DNA of 42,126 nt from Candidatus Iainarchaeum sp. (GCA_017608995.1 JAFCEU010000001.1:1-42126), one strand, 5' to 3'. Shown: positions 1-7,092, numbered from the stretch's first letter. Made by a program: numbers and translations. Notes: generated from the letters alone by a model not told the origin.

Positions 1-40
1 TGAAGACTTAAAAAGCTATGAAATTAAAGGCATCCTTGCC
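1..40. repeat. Terminal overlap copy 1 (identical to 42087-42126); circular or terminally redundant genome
   Basis: 40/40 identical bases at both window ends; an ORF reads through the join in frame. Confidence 0.95.
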
Positions 41-316
41 AAAGAAGGTTGTAAACATGAATGGAAACCACTTCGCATAACCCTCACAGGCATTCGCAAG
101 GAACGCCTGCTGGATATCCCGGAAGAAGATATAAAGAAAGAGGGCTTTAAACAGAGATGGGAATTTTTAAAAGCTTTTAACAGGATTCTCAAAGGAAAGC
201 TTATTGAAGAAAAGCCAAACGGAGAATTTGCTTATCTGCAAAACCCTGAAGTCTGGGTTTTAGATTTCAAAGTAAAGAAGAAAGGTGGTTGTATTCAGGA
301 ACAGGCGGTAAAATGA
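2..316 (+). CDS. ASCH-domain protein, C-terminal part (continuation of 41821..42126 across the junction)
   Basis: Frame is continuous through the 40-bp overlap (joined length 582 nt). ...IPEEDIKKEGFKQRWEFLKAF... together with the N-terminal ...ILNGEKTQTRRL... fits the ASCH beta-barrel pattern. Stop TGA 314-316 overlaps the next ATG. Confidence 0.7.
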   Translation, partial: EDLKSYEIKGILAKEGCKHEWKPLRITLTGIRKERLLDIPEEDIKKEGFKQRWEFLKAFNRILKGKLIEEKPNGEFAYLQNPEVWVLDFKVKKKGGCIQEQAVK

Positions 317-450
317 CAGAGATTTCAGGAAAAGCTGAAGCTCTTGAAATATTGCTTTCTGCTGCGAAAAAAGGAGGCCGGGAAGAAATGAGGGAAGATT
401 CTTGGAAGTTGTCAGGAAAAAAAATACTTGAATTTTTTTCATTGCAATAG
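313..450 (+). CDS. hypothetical protein (45 aa)
   Basis: ATG in ATGA overlap with the upstream stop; open for 46 codons. It contains an internal copy of the junction motif, so it may be a composite or remnant. Confidence 0.4.
   Translation: MTEISGKAEALEILLSAAKKGGREEMREDSWKLSGKKILEFFSLQ
374..391 (+). promoter_or_regulatory. Conserved gene-junction motif GAGGCCGGGAAGAAATGA, copy 1
   Basis: Identical to 882-899. An SD-like GAGG lies 10-11 nt before the ATG, and the ATG overlaps a TGA. The other frame reads ...KKEAGKK-stop. Confidence 0.6.
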
Positions 451-467
451 AGGCCGGGAAAAAATGA
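450..467 (+). promoter_or_regulatory. Conserved gene-junction motif, copy 2 (GAGGCCGGGAAAAAATGA)
   Basis: 17/18 match to 882-899; immediately precedes and includes ATG 464. Confidence 0.6.
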
Positions 468-625
468 CTAAAACAATAAAAGGAAATTTGGTGTTAGAAA
501 AAGATACTGTATTCAATGAAAGCATTGATGTTAAGGCCAGCATGTGCGAATGGGGTTTATTAATGAATGTGGACGAGAAAGCAAAAGAACGCAGGCGGAA
601 AGCAGGGAAGCCACATGCGCAGTAG
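464..625 (+). CDS. hypothetical protein, MTKTIKG(N/D)L N-terminal module; paralog of 41297..41428
   Basis: ATG preceded by the junction motif. MTKTIKGNLVLEKDTVFNESIDVKA aligns with MTKTIKGDL..LEKDTVFDKSISVEG at 41297. Confidence 0.5.
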   Translation: MTKTIKGNLVLEKDTVFNESIDVKASMCEWGLLMNVDEKAKERRRKAGKPHAQ

Positions 626-696
626 GAACAGCTGTCGACGGTGGAACAACTTTCCTGCCCGCAAACTGCAACAAAAAAGAGGGTGAGAAGAAATGA
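550..696 (+). CDS. overlapping ORF in another frame (48 aa), Cys-containing module ending KKEGEKK; paralog of the C-terminus of 41376..41708
   Basis: Open from 535. ...FINECGRESKR...C...NCNKKEGEKK-stop resembles ...NIECDSIKGRRENSKHFC...KKEAEKK-stop. Stop overlaps ATG 693. It may be the frameshifted 3' half of 464..625. Confidence 0.3.
   Translation: MGFINECGRESKRTQAESREATCAVGTAVDGGTTFLPANCNKKEGEKK
679..696 (+). promoter_or_regulatory. Conserved gene-junction motif, copy 3 (GAGGGTGAGAAGAAATGA)
   Basis: 15/18 match to the consensus; contains ATG 693 and TGA 694-696. Confidence 0.5.
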
Positions 697-899
697 ATTG
701 GGTAAGAAAGCGGTATAGGGATGCAGATTATATCTTTGCTGGGAGAGCTTATTCGGAAGTAACTTGTTCATGTGGGTGTAATGGCTTCTATCTTGGATTT
801 GATGGAGACGAATTCGTTGCAGTTTGCAGAGACTGCAAAGACAAAGTAATGATTGAAAAAGAACTGATATATAAACAAAAAGAGGCCGGGAAGAAATGA
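693..899 (+). CDS. small zinc-ribbon protein (68 aa)
   Basis: CSCGC...CRDC cysteine pairs; ends QKEAGKK-stop inside junction motif copy 4. Confidence 0.6.
   Translation: MNWVRKRYRDADYIFAGRAYSEVTCSCGCNGFYLGFDGDEFVAVCRDCKDKVMIEKELIYKQKEAGKK
882..899 (+). promoter_or_regulatory. Conserved gene-junction motif, copy 4
   Basis: Identical 18-mer to 374-391. Confidence 0.6.
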
Positions 900-932
900 G
901 TAAAAAAAATAAAAATAAGAATGGAGGTGAAA

Positions 933-1328
933 ATGTTGCAAACAATAGAAATAACAAGTCTAAATGATGAGAGGACTACAAAAGTCGAAACAATGTTAGA
1001 TGACTTAAAGCACTTGTATTCAACTGAGGATTCAATTAGAGGTAAGGTTTTATTAAGCGAAGCAGTCCGGGTTTTGGAGAACTATATGAAAGTTCCGAGA
1101 GTTGACACCCCAATTGAAAAATGGGAGCAAATGAGAGGCAGAAAAATGTCTTTGCAGGGGAAAAGAAATTTTATCCGAAACATTGTAATACAGCAAAAGA
1201 TTATCCCGACACAAGGGCCTGGCTGCCTTTGGTGCGGCAGCAGACGCATAAAAGAGGTAGCGAAATTCCTTGAAGAAGGCTTTAATGAGTATGAATGCAG
1301 GGACTGTAAGCAAAAATTCTTCAAATAA
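933..1328 (+). CDS. hypothetical protein with C-terminal zinc ribbon
   Basis: GGAGGTGA SD at 923-930, then ATG 933 (the track ORF starts at 921). C-terminal CLWCG...CRDC. Confidence 0.65.
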   Translation: MLQTIEITSLNDERTTKVETMLDDLKHLYSTEDSIRGKVLLSEAVRVLENYMKVPRVDTPIEKWEQMRGRKMSLQGKRNFIRNIVIQQKIIPTQGPGCLWCGSRRIKEVAKFLEEGFNEYECRDCKQKFFK

Positions 1329-1409
1329 ATGCAGAGGTGAAAGAATATTGACACTTAGATGCCATAATTAGGCATGCTTGTATCATATGTTTAAAATTTA
1401 AGGTGGTAA

Positions 1410-2300
1410 GTGGTGGATAAAGACTTTGAAAACTTTAAGGAATTTGTGAAGACATACAGCCAAAGTACGCAAAAACTCTACTTGCATTACTTAACACAGT
1501 TCTTTTCCTTTGTCAAGAAGAGTAGCCAAGACGTTGAGGCAGTCGATGCAATGCGTTACCTGAATTTTTTGAGGGAGCAAAAGAACTATTCAGACAACAG
1601 CATTGCATCTGTTCGCAGGGTTTTAAGCGCTTACTTTGGTAAGCATGTTGGAAAAGACATAATGGCCAAAATACCAATTAAGAGGACAAAGCACTTGCCG
1701 GTTATTTTAACAAGGGAAGAAGTCAAGCGCTTGATTGATGCCGCTGACACCGAGAAAGAAAAGCTGGTCATCGAGTTCCTTTACTCAACCGGTGTCAGGG
1801 TATCGGAGGCCGTTGCCATTGAACGACAGCAGATTGACAAAAAGCGGGGCCTGCTGCGTATCAGAGGCAAAGGGGATAAGGACAGATATACAGTTATACC
1901 TTTGGATTGGCTGCGCCGTTATAGCCAGGTTTGGAAGAAGAAAAAACAGCGTTACCTTTTTGCGAAGAAGAATAACAAGCCATACGGCGTTCTTGCTTTT
2001 GAGAGGATTGTGCGAAGAGCAGCCGAGAAAGCGAGGCTGCGTAAGAGGGTTACGCCTCATACGCTTCGGCATTCTTTTGCCACACACTTGCTTGAGATGG
2101 GGGAGAATATTAGAAAGATTCAGAAGCTTTTGGGCCATTCTTCGTTGGCCACTACTCAGATTTATGTTTCAGTGTCCACTAAAGAGATTGCAAAGACACC
2201 GAGTTTGCTTGAGGGATTGAGTTGCAGTTTTAGGAATTGTGTTTTGCGGAAGCTGGGTAAGGGGCGACGGTCTGACCGTGCTTCAAGAGCGAAGGGATAA
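1410..2300 (+). CDS. tyrosine recombinase / integrase (XerC/XerD/XerA-like)
   Basis: GTG start after AAGGTGG. Signature residues are ...STGVRVSEA (Arg), HTLRHSFATHLL (H-x-x-R) and LLGHSSLATTQIYVSV (His, Tyr nucleophile). Confidence 0.9.
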   Translation: MVDKDFENFKEFVKTYSQSTQKLYLHYLTQFFSFVKKSSQDVEAVDAMRYLNFLREQKNYSDNSIASVRRVLSAYFGKHVGKDIMAKIPIKRTKHLPVILTREEVKRLIDAADTEKEKLVIEFLYSTGVRVSEAVAIERQQIDKKRGLLRIRGKGDKDRYTVIPLDWLRRYSQVWKKKKQRYLFAKKNNKPYGVLAFERIVRRAAEKARLRKRVTPHTLRHSFATHLLEMGENIRKIQKLLGHSSLATTQIYVSVSTKEIAKTPSLLEGLSCSFRNCVLRKLGKGRRSDRASRAKG

Positions 2301-2331
2301 AAATTTAAAGCTGGAAAACAAAACATTTTTT

Positions 2332-2589
2332 ATGATTAAAGAAGAACCGTTGACTAAGATTAGGGAAACAAGCGAAAAGTGTGGAAAACTTAACTGCGAT
2401 AAAGTTTATGTCTATGAAAGGAAAAGGGACAAAAAGAAGTTTGCAATCCACAAATTTACGCCTTTTGGAACAGCATTCCGATTCCCTGTAACTCATTACT
2501 TTATCATTCCCGAAGGAGAGTATAAACCCGGCAAAAAGACGATTTTTGAAACGCTTGAGGAAGCAAAAAAAGCAGTAGCAGATTACTAA
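2332..2589 (+). CDS. hypothetical protein (85 aa)
   Basis: First ATG of the 2239..2589 ORF lying downstream of the integrase stop; followed by a hairpin terminator. Confidence 0.55.
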   Translation: MIKEEPLTKIRETSEKCGKLNCDKVYVYERKRDKKKFAIHKFTPFGTAFRFPVTHYFIIPEGEYKPGKKTIFETLEEAKKAVADY

Positions 2590-2681
2590 CCTCTCCTTTT
2601 TAACGGCAATCAAAAACGATAGAAATTTAAAGATTTGATGCGTTATTTATTGCGGAAGTAAGACGATAAGCGTTAATCTGT

Positions 2682-2715
2682 GTGTGCCTCTTTTAGAGGC
2701 ACACTTGATTTTTTT
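2682..2715 (+). terminator. stem-loop plus T-run
   Basis: Perfect 9-bp stem GTGTGCCTC/GAGGCACAC with loop TTTTA, followed by TTGATTTTTTT. Confidence 0.55.
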
Positions 2716-2734
2716 ATACTATTATAATAGTATA
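2715..2734. promoter_or_regulatory. perfect 20-bp AT-rich palindrome TATACTATTATAATAGTATA (operator or TATA-like element)
   Basis: The sequence is its own reverse complement; it abuts the GGAGGT SD of the 2747 ORF. Confidence 0.5.
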
Positions 2735-2746
2735 GGAGGTCTTGTT

Positions 2747-2851
2747 ATGGCTGAAGAAGAAAAAAAAGAGGAAGAGGAAAAGCCCGAAGAGGAAAAGGCC
2801 GAAGAAGAGGAAGAGAAACCCGAAGAAGAAGGCGAAAAAGCAGAAGCATAA
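2747..2851 (+). CDS. hyper-acidic 34-aa peptide (MAEEEKKEEEEKPEEEKAEEEEEKPEEEGEKAEA)
   Basis: GGAGGT SD 7 nt upstream of the ATG; 35 codons verified by hand. Low complexity, so coding is uncertain. Confidence 0.4.
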   Translation: MAEEEKKEEEEKPEEEKAEEEEEKPEEEGEKAEA

Positions 2852-2918
2852 CCTATTAAAATAGTGCCAAAACACCTTTTTTGATACTAGTAAAAAAAGG
2901 AGAGTAAGAGCGAAGCCC

Positions 2919-3362
2919 TTACTCTTTGATTAAGCCGAGCTCTTTTTTCTTGGCTTTGGCTTTTTTTATGTAGTCTTCCAAGAACTCGTGTTCGCAAACT
3001 GAAAACTCTTGCCAATTGTTCTTTAGCAACTTGTCTTTTTGTTTACGCAGTTCATCAATTTGTTTATCTATGTCTTGAAGCTTTTCTTTGATATAGTTGG
3101 GTATCAATAGTATTCTTTTATCGCAGTAATGACGAACACAATATTTGCCTTTGATGTCGCCATATGCCCTTTGTATTCTTGCTATGCTGTCGTATCTGTG
3201 CCGAAGTATTTTATTTCTTGCCGCCGCGAATTCAGCGATTACAAAAGGTTGTTGTTCTTCCCACTCGTAAAGTGTTTTCCTTGCTGGTGCTTCTCTTTCT
3301 ATGTCGCTGAAAATCTTGTTCGCTATCTTGTTGAGTTCCTGGATTGTTTTCGCTTTGCTCAT
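2919..3362 (-). CDS. hypothetical coiled-coil protein
   Basis: AGGAGAG SD upstream of the internal ATG at 3362 (the track ORF extends to 3389). Confidence 0.65.
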   Translation of the reverse strand: MSKAKTIQELNKIANKIFSDIEREAPARKTLYEWEEQQPFVIAEFAAARNKILRHRYDSIARIQRAYGDIKGKYCVRHYCDKRILLIPNYIKEKLQDIDKQIDELRKQKDKLLKNNWQEFSVCEHEFLEDYIKKAKAKKKELGLIKE

Positions 3363-3389
3363 CGTTTTCACTCTCCTATCCGCTTTCAA

Positions 3390-3954
3390 AAAATCTTGAA
3401 AGCCAAAGAAGATTAATCGTCTTCTTCGGTAAAATAATGTATGGAAGTTGATTTAAGCATAATGCCCAAAATGGTTCGCTTTTCAAATTTTAAGCGAGAA
3501 TTTGGTTTAATTTCCTGAAAAAAGCCTAATTTTTACCCTGTTTTTTGTTTAAATCGTTGCCTGATACTATTTAAATTTTGATAGTATGAGTAAAAAGTTT
3601 GAATTTTTTTGCGGCATAATCATTTTTCTATACATAACTATTGTGTCTTACAATTGCATTACTTTTTTTGATTTTTTAGCGATTACAAATTAAGACAAAA
3701 AGATGTTTAATATACATTAATAAACATTTCTCTCTTAATTCTTTTTTCTTCTTAACGAAAAAAATTGAAAAAACATTAAAAAATAATCTTGAAAGACACT
3801 TGCAAGACACATCATAGAATGATATTTTTTTATAATTAATAATCAAATTAACCGATTAACCGACATATTTAAAAAGAGAATATATATAAATAATATATGA
3901 TTTTTTGTTAATGAAAAAACAAAAAATCAACAGCAAAAAGGGAGATGATGAAAA
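3390..3954. promoter_or_regulatory. largest non-coding region (about 565 bp), very AT-rich, between divergent genes
   Basis: No ORF of 60 aa or more fills it. It carries short direct repeats (AAGACAC x2, ATTAACCG x2), a 7-bp inverted repeat (ATACTAT/ATAGTAT) and TATA-like tracts. Confidence 0.5.
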
Positions 3955-4539
3955 ATGAAAATAACAAATGTGAAAATAAATGAATTTGAAAGATTGAAAG
4001 AAAAGAATGAACAATTGCTTGACAGCGTTCAAATTATTTTCTCTGAAGCTGAAGCAAGAGAAATAAGAAAAAAATACAAAAACATCTATAAAATTCTTGA
4101 ATACACAGAGAATTTTATAGAAGAAGATGAAGAAACCAGGGAAGAAGCTTATTTCATTCATTTAAAAAACGAAGAGTCAGGCTACAACGAAGAGGGCAAA
4201 TGGGAAGGTTATCTCAAGCGAAACGACATAACATATTCTGCAATTTCTTCGTTACAGAAAATTGAAGCGTTCTTAAAACAGAGAAAAAAAGAACAAGCAG
4301 AAAGAGAAATTATATATTTGCAGAAAGCAAAACAATTCAAGAAGAAAATAAGAAAATTACACAATTGCAATATCAAAAAGAAACGAGGGAAAGCATTAAG
4401 CACTTTCAAGGAAAGCCGATTTTTTCAGCTTACAAGGGGGTCTTTGAATAAATGCCTGATGCTTCCTTTTACATTTTTAAGCCAACAGGGAAGGAAAAAA
4501 AAGAGTTTTGGAAGGGGTGGCGTTAATGCCAGGCTTTAG
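3955..4539 (+). CDS. hypothetical Lys/Glu-rich protein
   Basis: AGGGAGATGA SD-like sequence before the ATG; 194-aa ORF. Confidence 0.6.
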   Translation: MKITNVKINEFERLKEKNEQLLDSVQIIFSEAEAREIRKKYKNIYKILEYTENFIEEDEETREEAYFIHLKNEESGYNEEGKWEGYLKRNDITYSAISSLQKIEAFLKQRKKEQAEREIIYLQKAKQFKKKIRKLHNCNIKKKRGKALSTFKESRFFQLTRGSLNKCLMLPFTFLSQQGRKKKSFGRGGVNARL

Positions 4540-4717
4540 CAAGGACAAGAAAACAGGGCGTTGGTTTTGTTCTGATTGCGGGGCAGAAGTGCCTAAAGAG
4601 GTTGTATTTTCTTCTTATGATTATTTTAATCCAGAAAACAATAAAGAACATAAGTGCGGGGTAGAACGCTTAAAAGAATTAGATAAAAAACTATCAAAAA
4701 TAAAAGGGGGTGAGTAA
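4526..4717 (+). CDS. small zinc-ribbon protein
   Basis: GGAAGGGGTGG SD, then ATG 4526; CSDCG...HKC. Confidence 0.6.
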   Translation: MPGFSKDKKTGRWFCSDCGAEVPKEVVFSSYDYFNPENNKEHKCGVERLKELDKKLSKIKGGE

Positions 4718-4999
4718 ATGGATAATGAGAAATACAACGGTTGGCATAATTACGAAACTTGGAAAATGCACTTAAACCTAACAAACGAAGAAGGGCTTTA
4801 TAATGGAAGCGTTGCAGTAGTGCGAGAAACAAAGGGCGAGGATTACGAGAAGGCACAAGCATTAAAAGAATGGGTTGAAGAAAACTTTTGGGTAGATGAC
4901 TACAATATCGTGCATTTCCCACAAGGCGACAGTTTCAGCACAGCCGAGTTAAGCGAAGTTGATTGGCTGGAAGTGGCAAAGGCATTTATGGAAGAATAA
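4718..4999 (+). CDS. hypothetical acidic protein (93 aa)
   Basis: ATG directly follows the upstream stop; W-rich N-terminus GWHNYETWKMHLNL. Confidence 0.65.
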   Translation: MDNEKYNGWHNYETWKMHLNLTNEEGLYNGSVAVVRETKGEDYEKAQALKEWVEENFWVDDYNIVHFPQGDSFSTAELSEVDWLEVAKAFMEE

Positions 5000-5182
5000 T
5001 GTTTCACCTCACAATCCTAAAAGAAGGCAATCGGTGGGGGTTGTGGGGTTTTTTTATGCCTTGCCTTGTTGAAAAAGCAGGCCAAGGCTTTGGGGAGAAG
5101 CAGGGCGTTAAAATGGGAATAAAAAGGTTATGCCCTTTCCCACTTCTCCCCCTAAAAAGCAAAGCAAGGAAGTGATAAGGAA

Positions 5183-6019
5183 ATGCGGACTTATGTAAAT
5201 ACCGTTATGCAGGTTTCCGTTCAGGACTTGGGTTTTAACGGCTTTCAGTTTCCTATAAGTGTGTTCTCTCTAAACAGGGACAACAGTGTTAAATTCAATC
5301 AACAGCACAATAACGAGGCGTGCAGGGAGCAAGATGCAAGAGTAAATTACATAAAGCGTTGTAGTGCCTGCGGCAAGGACTTACAGGCAAGCGAGATAAT
5401 CAAAGTTTTCAGGGCGGACAAGGAAAGCAAGGCATATTTTACAGAAGAAGAAATAAAGGCGTTGAAGAAAACAACGGACAAAGTGGAAATAGTGGCAATA
5501 TCGCTAAACAAGGACATTCCAGATTACCTTAAAGGCGGTTGCTATGGCTTAAGCATTCAGCCAAAAAGCAAGACTTTAGCAAGCGATAAGCAGGCATACC
5601 TAACCCTTGTTTCATTTTTGGGCGAGGACTTGGCATTAATCGGCTATTTCAGTAGCAGGAACTCCACGCACTTGGTCAGGGTTTTCGCATTAACAAACTA
5701 TTTGCTAATGCAAAAGCTGGCCTTTGCCGAAAACTCACAGTTTGATGAGTTTATGCAGTTGCACACTCAACAAATGGGAAGCGTTGCCTTGCCAGACATG
5801 GCGATACTGCAACAAACAGCGAGAACAGTAGCAAAACCGTTGGCTTTAACGGATTTCAGGAATGAACCGCTTGAAAGATTGCAAGAATTGATTGAGAGCA
5901 GAATACAAAACCCAAACGCAAAAATAGAAGTGCCAGAACAGGCAACAGTGACAGCAACTCCAATATTCAGCAAGGAATACCAGCAAAAGATAGCCGAACA
6001 GGTGAAAGCAAGGGTGTGA
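5183..6019 (+). CDS. ku: Ku-like DNA end-binding protein
   Basis: ...VKFNQQH...RVNYIKRCSACGKDLQASEIIKVF...AYFTEEEIKAL...VEIVAI...YGLSIQP...AYLTLVSFL...LALIGYFSSRNSTHLVRVF... follows the prokaryotic Ku core pattern as I recall it from Mycobacterium Ku. Confidence 0.75.
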   Translation: MRTYVNTVMQVSVQDLGFNGFQFPISVFSLNRDNSVKFNQQHNNEACREQDARVNYIKRCSACGKDLQASEIIKVFRADKESKAYFTEEEIKALKKTTDKVEIVAISLNKDIPDYLKGGCYGLSIQPKSKTLASDKQAYLTLVSFLGEDLALIGYFSSRNSTHLVRVFALTNYLLMQKLAFAENSQFDEFMQLHTQQMGSVALPDMAILQQTARTVAKPLALTDFRNEPLERLQELIESRIQNPNAKIEVPEQATVTATPIFSKEYQQKIAEQVKARV

Positions 6020-6040
6020 AAACACCCTTATATTTTTTTT
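6010..6040 (+). terminator. stem-loop plus T8
   Basis: AAGGGTG/CACCCTT 7-bp stem enclosing the ku stop codon, followed by TATATTTTTTTT. Confidence 0.55.
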
Positions 6041-6131
6041 AAAAAAATTGGGGGTTGAGAAATGGAGTTTTTGAGCAGGGGAAAGGGTTTAACGCATAAG
6101 GAAGCGGTTGAATTAGGGCTAAGGTGGAAGA

Positions 6132-6983
6132 ATGAGTGAAACTTGTATGTTGTGCCAAGTGATAGCATTAGAGGAAGCATTACGCAATAACAACTATATT
6201 CTGGACTTAAAATATGACGGAAGCCGTTGTATTGCCAAGCGTTATGAAAATGGGGCAGTTGCCTTGTTCAACAGGCAGGGCAGAAATATAACATACCGAT
6301 ACCCCGAATTGTTAAAGGCCTTGCGGGGTTTTCTGCCTTGCGATAGCGTTGCAGATGGTGAAATAGTAATAATGAAAGATTGGGAAACACACTTAACCGA
6401 TTTTAATGCCTTGCAGGGCAGGGAACACCTGCAAAACACCTTTAAGATTAAACTGCGTTCCGAGAGCAACCCCGCAACCCTTGTCTTGTTTGACTTAATC
6501 CGCTTGCAAGGGCAAGACTTGGCTTGGCAACCAATTGAAAAAAGAAGGCAGGAACTACACAACCTTTTTACTTTTAATACTTTTAATACTTTTAATACTT
6601 CTAATAGAATAGTGGAAGTAAAAGAGTTTGAGAACCTGAAAGACGCTTGGGATTTCGTTAAAAAACACAATTTAGAGGGCTTAATATTAAAAGCAAAGGG
6701 AAGCCCTTACGAATACAGGCGTTCAAACAATTGGCTAAAATTAAAGAATACGAGAAGGGCAACAGTAGAGGTTTCAGGATATGAGGAACACCCAAAAGGC
6801 ATAACCCTAACAGGCAGAAAAATAAGGGTTGCCTGCAACGGACACCAAAGCATAGAGGTTAAGCGGTTGCTGGAACAAAAAGGCAGGTTGCAGGTAGAAA
6901 TAGAATACTTGGAAATGACTAAAAACGGTTTCTACCGTATGCCAACATTCAAAAAAGTGGTTGGATATGGCTTTTATTCCTGA
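6132..6983 (+). CDS. ATP-dependent DNA ligase (minimal NTase+OB type, LigD-ligase/Chlorella-virus-like size)
   Basis: Motif I KYDGSR, III DGEIVI, IIIa LVLFDL, IV EGLILK, V WLKLK, all in the canonical order; 283 aa. Confidence 0.9.
   Translation: MSETCMLCQVIALEEALRNNNYILDLKYDGSRCIAKRYENGAVALFNRQGRNITYRYPELLKALRGFLPCDSVADGEIVIMKDWETHLTDFNALQGREHLQNTFKIKLRSESNPATLVLFDLIRLQGQDLAWQPIEKRRQELHNLFTFNTFNTFNTSNRIVEVKEFENLKDAWDFVKKHNLEGLILKAKGSPYEYRRSNNWLKLKNTRRATVEVSGYEEHPKGITLTGRKIRVACNGHQSIEVKRLLEQKGRLQVEIEYLEMTKNGFYRMPTFKKVVGYGFYS
6570..6605 (+). repeat. 9-bp tandem repeat ACTTTTAAT x4 inside the ligase gene
   Basis: Three perfect units plus one with 1 mismatch; encodes (TFN)3-TSN between motif IIIa and motif IV. 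Confidence 0.9.
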
Positions 6984-7083
6984 AAAGTATGGTTTGGAAG
7001 GCGTTTGCCAATTCTGTGGCGATAGAATAAAGGGCGGAAAAGGGTTTGTTTGCCTTGAATGTTATTGTGAGAGGATAAAATGA
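6967..7083 (+). CDS. small zinc-ribbon protein (38 aa)
   Basis: ATG overlaps the ligase 3' end; CQFCG...CLEC; 39 codons verified by hand. Confidence 0.5.
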   Translation: MAFIPEKYGLEGVCQFCGDRIKGGKGFVCLECYCERIK

Positions 7084-7092
7084 GGTGATAAA

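Noticed and set aside
439-957. 172-aa minus-strand ORF, plus similar antisense ORFs in the track (260-442, 1053-1354, 6242-6670, 7316-7681, 8521-8838, 8851-9431, 17676-18041, 28477-28845, 41661-41999)
   Set aside because: They run antisense to better-supported genes that have SD sites, family motifs and operon context. Their translations are low-complexity Leu/Phe/Ser-rich mirror images.
896-967. 23-aa ORF (MSKKNKNKNGGENVANNRNNKSK) starting at the ATG of junction motif copy 4
   Set aside because: It is low complexity and overlaps the SD and start of 933..1328. The ATG is probably a relic of the junction cassette.
4963-5175. 70-aa plus-strand ORF between 4718..4999 and ku
   Set aside because: It spans a hairpin/T-run and the stem-loop leader, has no SD, and overlaps the preceding gene. 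It is more likely non-coding.
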